44,672 nt of DNA, from assembly GCA_002633005.1 (NCBI GenBank), contig NMRA01000324.1, positions 195,230-239,901 of the forward strand, given 5' to 3'. Shown piece by piece: positions 36,092 through 44,672 of this stretch. The position numbers and the translations under genes are program-made. Under the pieces are notes generated by a model that saw only the letters and a list, made by a program, of their open reading frames with translations, had not been told where the DNA came from and made no database searches. This stretch comes from Phoronis australis. Taxonomy: Eukaryota > Animalia > Phoronida. The stretch's first letter is position 1. Each line of letters begins with the position of its first letter.

Positions 36092-36995
36092 GGATAATTC
36101 TAAAACCCCTTCGAACCCTCGACACCCACACCTATCGACCCACTTCCCCCTAGGCCAGCAACCCCTCTCCCAACGACGCACGACCCCCTCGAGCCACGAC
36201 CTGTGGCAATAGAGTTGTTTTTTCGATTTTTACACCTTGCATAATCTTATTATGTCGCTGAGTGACTTCCCCATAAGACATACCTGTACCTCCACGCAAG
36301 TCTGCTCTGGCTAAAGTCTGATGATTAAAACAGAAAGTGGCGTGAGAACGTGATCTAAAAAAGCTCATTGTGAGCGCGCTATCGTCGTTACGAAAATAAT
36401 TCCACGAGCAGCTACCAATGTCAATGGCCCAGTTTTTCTAAACTTAGGGAGACAGTATGTTAACGTGGATGAACATACTTTCACAATATTAATATTTGTT
36501 TTCTGGTATACACTCGTTTACAATTTATTCCATATAACGTTGAAATAATTTTAATAAGCAGCTTGTTTGTTCAAACTGCATGTACTGATGAAATTACAGT
36601 TTTGTCGGTTCCCCAAACTCTCCACAAAAAGGATTAAATTTGCAACTCAATGAAGAGCAGACGAGACGATTACGCTCCTGCCGGTAACGACATTTGTGGC
36701 ATTTGTAGGTCTTTGATTTGATTTGGTCGCGTTGTTTATTACTGTTTTGGCTTTGAAACTTGACAAATAGACTATCTTAATTTCAAAAAACAGGGACAAG
36801 CCAGCCTAGCTCACGACCTAAATCATTGGTCCTGCAAGTCAGCGCTTGTTCTATGTTCACATTAAGTCAAGCTTGCGCAGACTGGGTCAAGGTGGTGATG
36901 GGCCGTGAGTCGTGTGGTCGAGAGGTTGTGGGTCGAGGGGGTGATGAGTCGAGGGGGTCTTGGGTCTAGGGGGTCGAAGGGTTTTGGAACTATCC
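36092..36995. mobile_element. Mutator-like (MULE) non-autonomous element
   Basis: TIRs GGATAATTCTAAAACCCCTTCGA / TCGAAGGGTTTTGGAACTATCC with subterminal TCGACCC repeats; 9-bp flanking repeat ATTACTTGA (36083-36091) / ATTACTTGT (36996-37004). Confidence 0.8.
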
Positions 36996-38899
36996 ATTAC
37001 TTGTAATTACGAGCTCACAACTTGCAGCCAATTGCCTTAGTCGTGTGGGAAATTTGTCTATCGTCTAATTGGTGTTTTTGGCCAATCGAGATTGATAATA
37101 AATTTGTTTCAAATTGAACGTTACGCTTAGAATCAAAGTAGTCTTTCAGTAATCTCTTGACACCACGGAAATTATCAGTGTTAGAAAAGGTTTCAAATTG
37201 TCATATAGCGCCGAACCCTCATAGTGAAGCTCCCCCCGTCACTTGGAATTGCAAATGTCTGAAGCAACAAAAAGAATCTCTAAATTTTTAACCCATTTTG
37301 TACATCGCTGGGCTACGTTGCAATCCGATGACACGTCAAACGACCGCCACGACGAAATTCCTGCAGCCACATTTTTAGTTAAACCTCAAACCGCCTAGGT
37401 ACTGGAACTCTGCCTCGTCGCCAGTTTAGGGTATGTAGAACAAACAAGGAACAATGAACAGAAATTAACCATAATAACTTGACTAAATTAAGATAATAGT
37501 CTGGAACGCTTTTAGCGCCATCAATGGCTGAAACTAAAATCATTATGCAGTCCTTGCTGTTAAAAGGACAGCTCTGTAATCTCTAACACTGTCAACTAAA
37601 AGTTAAAGAAACAACAGATAATAATTTACGAAATACTTACCACGTACTTTACTGATGTAGAAATAAGACAAGAGGTTGAGGTAAATAGTGCACCGAAAAC
37701 ATTTTTTTCCAAATGACGTGATTGAAGGCACTTCATTTTACGAAAAGAGTAAATTACAACACAACAAAACCCTTGATGTATGTATGCCCGTGAGCAGCTA
37801 GACAACTGTATCGTCCAAGACCTAATAACAATAAGCACACTTGCGGACGCAAACACCTCGTATTGAATTAACGAAATGTAGTAAATATCTATCCGTTCGC
37901 ACCTTCTTTGCTTTTAGTAACTTTTTACAAAATTCAGTTCTGAAAAGACTGCATACATGTATACATGGACTTGAGAGTTTAAAGTCTAGTTGCCAAAAAG
38001 TTGATCCTGCATTACTGTTTACTGTAAAGTTTTCTTTTTGGAAATTTATTATATGTGGTTAGGAGAGTAAAAGTAACTTATTTGCATTTTGTGCAACTTT
38101 GATCATTTCGAATTTTGCCTAATTTCCACACTCTGAATATGATACAGTGTAGAATCCTGCAATTTATGGTTCCCAATGTTTTTGGGATGGAGAGTCCATT
38201 TCTGATATTATTTTATGGATGCAAGGTCAAAGTCAAGGTCAAATGAGATGTCTATTGTCACGTTGAACTGGAACAGGGAAAATTTATTTCGTTTGCTCGA
38301 CAAAATGTTAAATTTATGGGAAATGCGGTATTATCATGTCTGTGATTCCATTATATCAAGAAAAAGGGAAAGTCAAATACTGGAATAGGATACCCTCCCA
38401 ATATCTCAATAATTAATTTAAGATAATATTGTACCAGACCTACTCATGCCGCTCAGTAAGGCCCATCGCACTGATCACCTTGGACCATCTTTATGTTTTA
38501 TTAGTTGAAACAAAGCTGATGATCTGGGGACTTGACTCAAGCGACCAGCAGTGTGCCCCATGTGACTCGAAAACACAACCTTGAGTGGAGGAAGGACACT
38601 TTGTCATGCTGCCTGCTCATATTGAATAGGGTTACATGTATGTGTATAGATTACGCGTAATCCGTGCAGGGTAAATATGCGAAGACTAGTATGAGCACTA
38701 TTACTAATCCAGGGAAAACTAATAAACTATAACTTCCGGAACTATAAATAATATAAATTTCCCGGCTTTGAAAAACCGCCTGGCTTCTTCTACTGGGGAT
38801 TGATGACTCACTTGTTTTAAAGAAAATCCCACCCCATGCGTCGGTGTTCATAGAGAACAGCTTCAAGGCAATGGACCACAAGTCACTGACTGCAATAAG

Positions 38900-40750
38900 T
38901 TCAACTTTACACCCCCGTGTCTACTCATATAAGGGTTATTATAGTCTCTGACAGCTCGTTCAAACGAAGAACTAGTCTCTGTCCAGTACCCTCACGTCTT
39001 GTGACCTCTCTTGTTAGCGGCACTTGCTCAGGTCAAATCTCTGAAATGTTCCATTATGTCCAAAATACTACTCTTCCACTTCTCCATTTGATTCTTGGCG
39101 TCTACTGGCATCTTAGACGTCCCATAATTTAAAAGGTCGGATTCGTCAGTGTTGTCACAAGTGATTCTGATGGTTTGGGTGCCTTCTTCCACCATTTTCA
39201 ACCTTTACCTATACAACGTCTGCTTGAGCATGTGTAATTACACAATCAGTCTTCTTGACCTGCTCGATGTTGAATAGAAGAGAGTAGCTTCATACACATA
39301 GAAGGTTGTTTAACATAGTGTTATTAAGAATAGTTTAGCGGCAAAGGGATGTTAAGGAACAGGAGTTAGTATGTCTTCCTCAACATTTGCTCATGTAATC
39401 GTCTCATAATCCTTTGTGTGGGAATCTTTGTGGACATATTTTTCAAAGCTAAAAATTGTTTCACAAGATGGAGAATAGCGGACTAGTGAAGTGCCGAGGC
39501 TTTACCTAAATCTCATGTAGTTCCGGAAACACTCTAAACTACCAGCTACAAAAGCTGGACAACATCAACAAACATTGTGCACCACCGTAGCAGAATGATT
39601 TGGAACATAACGCGAAGAGATTTGACCAAATTGACATTGTCACCCTTCCTCAGATTGCCGTATTTGCAAATCTGGGCTGTAAGGAGTGGACTCAATAAGT
39701 TCAAACTGAAGAATATCAGCTATGTTAAGGTCACATTGCTGTCTTACGACTATCAGGAATCTTGAACAGCGTCTGAACACCATGCCCGTCCCTTGGCAGT
39801 ACAGGCGTCCTCAGCATCTCCAGCATTTTGACATTTTCTTAATTGGTTTGTAAAATACACTGCTTACCAAAACTAAAAATCTGACTCCTCTGCTCATGCC
39901 CAATGACCAGCTCGTTCTGGAATCTTCTCGGCGATTGTAGATGTTATGGAGATATGACTGCTGGTCAGTGAGTGGGTGTCTGTGCTTCTCTATCTCCTCC
40001 GCAATATTTCTCTAGTCATCCTCGTCCACGTCCACAACTCCCTTCTTGTACTTAGTCTTTTTCCTGTCACTCCACCACGTGCCGTTTGCTCTTCATGACC
40101 TTCATTCCACATTGTGTTCTCCATGACAGTATCAAGCTGGGCACACCCACTGAAACTCTTTTACCACATGACCGCTTTATTGCTCGGCTCTCATTAAAAT
40201 GCACCAGAACCTTTTGCTCGAATTGGTCAGCTGGTACTACAGTCGTCCAAGTTGGGACAGCTGTGTGCAGCTTCGAGTAGAATTTTTTGACATCACACAC
40301 AGCAAACTTCAATATAAAGTGCCAAAAAATTGTGTCAAGTTGCTAAAGGTGGTACAAACTTTTTGCCAGAAATGTCTTAGTCCAACATTTGTTGTACGTT
40401 TGTCGAACTTTTGTAATTTTGTCATAGCTTTGGTTGACGTTATTGTGCCTAGCTGTTAATTGTTTTTTATGAATAGAGTTCCGTGCAAACTGAAAATTAA
40501 GACAACGTATATGGAGGCGCTATTGTATTCTAGTGGAAAAGAATTTCCACATTGTTTGATTTATTTTGAAAAATGCTACACCAGCGCAGGTACCGTACAC
40601 AATTATGATTACTTGCTTTGAAGAAATGTGTCAACATCTCCTTGAGACTTGGTTGTTGAAGGACCATCTTTAGGCAAACCATCAGCTTTTCATAAGACTT
40701 GACCCCATTTGGGTTGACATTGAGTACATGTAACAACATGGCAGTAATGA
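38900..40750 (-). pseudogene. Degraded Academ-like transposase/XPG-nuclease relic
   Basis: Minus-strand fragments: DVDEDD*RNIAEEIEKHRHPLTDQQSYLHNIYN, IADILQFEL, KYGNLRKGDNVNLVK, EGTQTIRITCDNTD (like the XPG-type SDDTD motif), QMEKWKSSILDI. Family recalled from motif resemblance; ends not resolved. Confidence 0.6.
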
Positions 40751-42820
40751 GATTGTATACCTAAAGATCTTCGGTTCTAGCCTTTATGTTGACTATACAG
40801 GAGTGTAACAGGTTAATACTCTGATGACCTGTATGCCACCGTTCCGAAAAAAACAGCTACTCCAAAAAAAAACACCGTTACTACGATTTTTTACTCGATC
40901 TTCCTAAATTTTCTCAAAAATTCACGAATGGTTTATTAATTTGTTACTTACTAACAAAATAACAACACAAAAATAAATTTGGACAATGAAGTCCAATGAC
41001 TTATTTCTGCCATTAATACTGACTTTGTAGTTAACAATTCTTGTATACCATTTCTTTGAAGCTCCCTTGATCGAGAGAAAATGTATAATATTAAATGCGC
41101 GCACCCGCCATGGCGGAATCCGCCATCTTGAATTGCAAAAAATGCCCAAAGTTGCACTACGTGCAACCAAGCTAATTTTGTTTTCCTGGTCATATTTAAT
41201 ATATTTCAACAAAACACTTTACAGAAGTCAACGTTGCTGGATTCCCTATGTGAGCTATTGGGCTGGCAACAAGACTACATCTTGGTTTTAATATGAGTGG
41301 CTGGAAAGAGAATGATTAAACTCGGGAATGAACTTATTGTGGGTGAACACTATGAAGGCTATTTAAACCTAATCTCTTTCTGACGACTTGTTTCGTTGAG
41401 AAATTGATAAGTATTAGTTATCTGGTATTATGTTTTTCTGTAGACATAAGGGGCCATCTCCTGTGTAGACTGATAATTACGCTTGCATCTTCTTAGAGGG
41501 CGATAGCGTTCTTATGATAATTACATGTAATATACCCGTATGTAGCCCCAGTTATTTTGAAGGGTAGAGATGCATTCCTGGTTATCATCTCTCTCTTATG
41601 TTTTTGCAATGTATTGGATTTGAAATTAGCCAACGTTGAGTAAGTCATCTATTGTTTTGTTAATTATAGCTTCTAGAACAATCTGACGAAATCTGAGTTC
41701 ATGGAATTGTGTATTTTTTGTATACTTTGACTTAATTTTTTTCCAATTCCGACCATGCAGCTTATGAATTAGTTACCAAAGTTTCCGATAGATGTAGCCG
41801 TTGAGTGTAAACGGTATTCCAAGATGGCTGCACCCATGATCTACTGCTACCTGTGGTATTTTTCATTATGTTTTACTGTAGGCTACTACTTAGTCATTCA
41901 TATTTTGAGTTTAATTTTTATTTATTATTTTTAGATTAAACTTCTTGTCGACCTTACAACTAACTTTCATGCAATAAATGATTGTTTATACTTTGAAGTT
42001 CAAGTCTGAAGTTATAACTCACATACAATTCCAGTACCAGGTCAGTCAGGCAATTTGCGTTTACTCAACTACGGGTTGATCCAATGAAGTAAACTGCGGG
42101 AAGGTCTTCTGTAGGTGTAACCTCATCAAATGACAAATTTTCTTTAAACGATTCAACGGATTGTAACGGCTTACTCCTGTGCAAGCAACCGCTAACATAG
42201 CCTACTACTGTGTAACGAACGACAGTCCTCTTCGTCACTACACGTACCAAATATTATTCTCTTCTCTTCCACTGTGCTGCAACCTCATTGCCACCGTCCC
42301 TGGTCACGCAATGAGGGTATGTAATATCACAGTACAAGAATAAATTACTTTGTATGTTGACTTTTGTCCTTACTATGGTCGTTTCAGAATCTCCTGTGTG
42401 GTGGTCTTACTCCCTTGCGCTATTTCTTCAGTTCAACGAAAAAAGTTCTACTAGTTTTAGTCACTAGATTCTCAAAGTATTCTCGAGTGCAGACAATCTA
42501 ACCCACTAAGGTATCGGCCCAAGTGTCGCATACAGAAATCACATCAAACACAATTCTCTACTTCCACGCTGATGTCATTTACATGTAAGCCTATGATAGC
42601 GGTTATATGTTGCGTGTGTGTACATGTAGTAACTGTTGTAATGAAGTTATCATTCGGTAAAGATTTAACAAAATAACCGATCATTAAGTAGGCACGTAAC
42701 GATAGTACAGTATAAAGTGAATATAGTGACGACCGCGTATAAAATTCCATACAGAACGGGCATACTGTACATTATTTCGTTTGTATACACTCGAATTCAT
42801 TAAACAAAAAACACGTTTAA

Positions 42821-44471
42821 GGGAGAATGCCACCGATTTAACTAGTCTTTTTCACCGTCTTACTAGGTCTAGATCCACATAGCCTCTTATACGGTTGACC
42901 TCACCTTGCCGAGAAGTGTTGCGTTAACCAGTGAGGAAGTTGAGAAACGCCACAGCAACGTCAGTAGTTCGTCTGCAAAGTGAATGCTTCTATATTGCGG
43001 TGCATCGTTACCGCTTGTCCGAGCTATCAAGCTGCCAAGAAAGCGGGTATATCATTTTTTCGACGTCCTTGAGAGCCCAAACTGCTTAGGAAAGGGCTCT
43101 GGGGTAGTGAAGTATGAAAGGTAGGCTGTTATTAGCAAGTATGAGGCCGTGAAACATCTTCGTGTCTGTGGCCGTCATTTCGTCGACAGTGATTTCTCTG
43201 ACGAAATCCGGCTTACCAAAGAACTATCCAATACGCTCCGTTGCCTGTGTATGTTCACGGCGTCTTTCTAGTTTCCTTGATCAGTGTACTCCGGTTCCAA
43301 CTGATAGCCTGTGAAACCTAAAAGTCCGAACCCTGAAGTCTTCGTCACCTGAGCTCTTGACTAAGTCGGGATTGGCACGGGGCGTGTTGCCATGTACACG
43401 TTTATTATTCTGCTTTCCGTTTCAAAATGAATTATTTTCATCCTAACCAATGCTTATATGAAACTGAAACAAAGTCTGTCTCATTATATACAATTTGTAA
43501 TGCCTTGGAGTGCTGGTGAGTGAAAATGTTTTGAGAAGCCAGCAATGAATAAACCACTGCGTTACCGGCTTTTGATGCCGGCAACAAAGGTAATTGACCG
43601 GGCACCGGTCCGTGTCAGCGGATGCTAAATTAGTGTTTGCTGACGGAAAGCTGTTGTGAAACAGTTATTCTAGTTTATATGCTATGGTCACATTTTATGA
43701 AAATCTTTATTTAGATGTAAAAATACAAAATTGAAATCATTGTTACTGTACAACCTTTGCCCTGACAGTTTGTTGAAAGGGAACCCGACTTTGCGGCCAA
43801 CGACAAGTAAGTGGATTTTTAATTTCGTGGCTAATTTTCATAAATAATTACGTGCACATTATTGGTTTGGCTCACTAATATATTCTTTTCGTGACTGGAG
43901 GTTAAGTTTCCAAGTTCGTGCCAGTCCCGGCGGCTGCGACGGGCCTAATCGGGTTCCGAGTCACTGGCCGGGATAACAAGCGCTTTGTGTGCATAGAACT
44001 CAAACAATCGCAAGTATAACAAGACAGATCTAGGTTCTCCTGTCTGTATTTCACGAAAGAATACTTCGATTTTATCTCCGAACAGACTCTAAACTCGTCA
44101 GTAATACGGACCTCTGTAAATTGGCTTGCTGAACTTTGTAGGGTACGGTGTGTCCAAATACGACTGAGTAAATCCGTAACAGAGAAATAAAAACAGGTTT
44201 TTATCAGAACTCGGTGTAATTTTAAGGGTTTTACATCGAAGTTTGATGATTTATTGGTGTTAAACGATGAATTCAAGCGATAAGCTGACACCAGTAACTG
44301 TGTTGTGAACTGCTGAACAGACTGCGTTTGAAACCAACCACGTCATTGGATAATTTCAACAGTTACGTCTGCCGTCAGGTGTCAGGTAACGCAACAGAAC
44401 GTGCCGATGTAGAGTAGAGCTACTCGATCTAAATTGATACAAAATAGGTTGTTTTTGGGTGGCATGCTCCT
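42821..44471 (+). mobile_element. Kolobok-like non-autonomous DNA transposon
   Basis: TTAA|GGGAGAATGCCACC ... GGTGGCATGCTCCT|TTAA (12/14 TIR, TTAA TSD, purine-purine termini); contains a THAP relic. Confidence 0.8.
42984..43196 (+). pseudogene. THAP zinc-finger relic (N-terminus of the transposase)
   Basis: RCIVTACPSYQAAKKAGISFFRRP*EPKLLRK ... KHLRVCGRHFVDSDF fits the THAP C-x4-C..F..P..C..HF signature, with a stop and frameshifts. Confidence 0.8.
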
Positions 44472-44672
44472 TTAATCTTATTAAGGATACGTGGCATGGA
44501 TCCCGGGCATGAGGATAAAAAGCTTATTGGTTGAGTAGCGTCAGAAATGCTAATGCAACTTCGAGCATATTTTCAAAAGCGTTTTTGTGGAAATACATAA
44601 AAAGCCACGATAGTCGGTGGGCCAGATCTCGTAGCGTTCATCCTTGTGAGTACTTTGGGGGGGGGGGGGGGG

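Overview
Eukaryotic DNA, AT-rich and transposon-dense, with intron-type splice signals; most likely a marine invertebrate, but the species cannot be determined. No prokaryotic features. (1) 758-9959 (+): a decayed Ty3/gypsy LTR retroelement with gag (two zinc knuckles), a GGGAAAC -1 frameshift signal, pol (PR-RT-RH-IN), a spliced-type class I fusion env (errantivirus/baculovirus-F-like), an extra intact 90-aa ORF, a PPT and an 856-bp 3' LTR. Its gag is interrupted by an antisense LTR of a related family (1-757) and its pol by a Helentron-associated (DINE-1/HINE-like) element (1967-3221). (2) 13916-21586 (-): two tandem paralogous giant exons encoding signal peptide-CUB x3-C-type lectin x2-LDLa ectodomains. 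Both end at the same phase-2 splice donor and no downstream exon is visible, suggesting a GRL101-like receptor locus with duplicated, possibly alternative, variable 5' exons. (3) The remainder is transposon debris: MITEs, a long-TIR foldback element, a Mag-clade gypsy pol relic, a Mutator-like MITE, an Academ-like transposase relic, a Kolobok-like element with a THAP relic, and a C2H2 zinc-finger fragment. All family assignments come from motif recognition by eye, not database searches.
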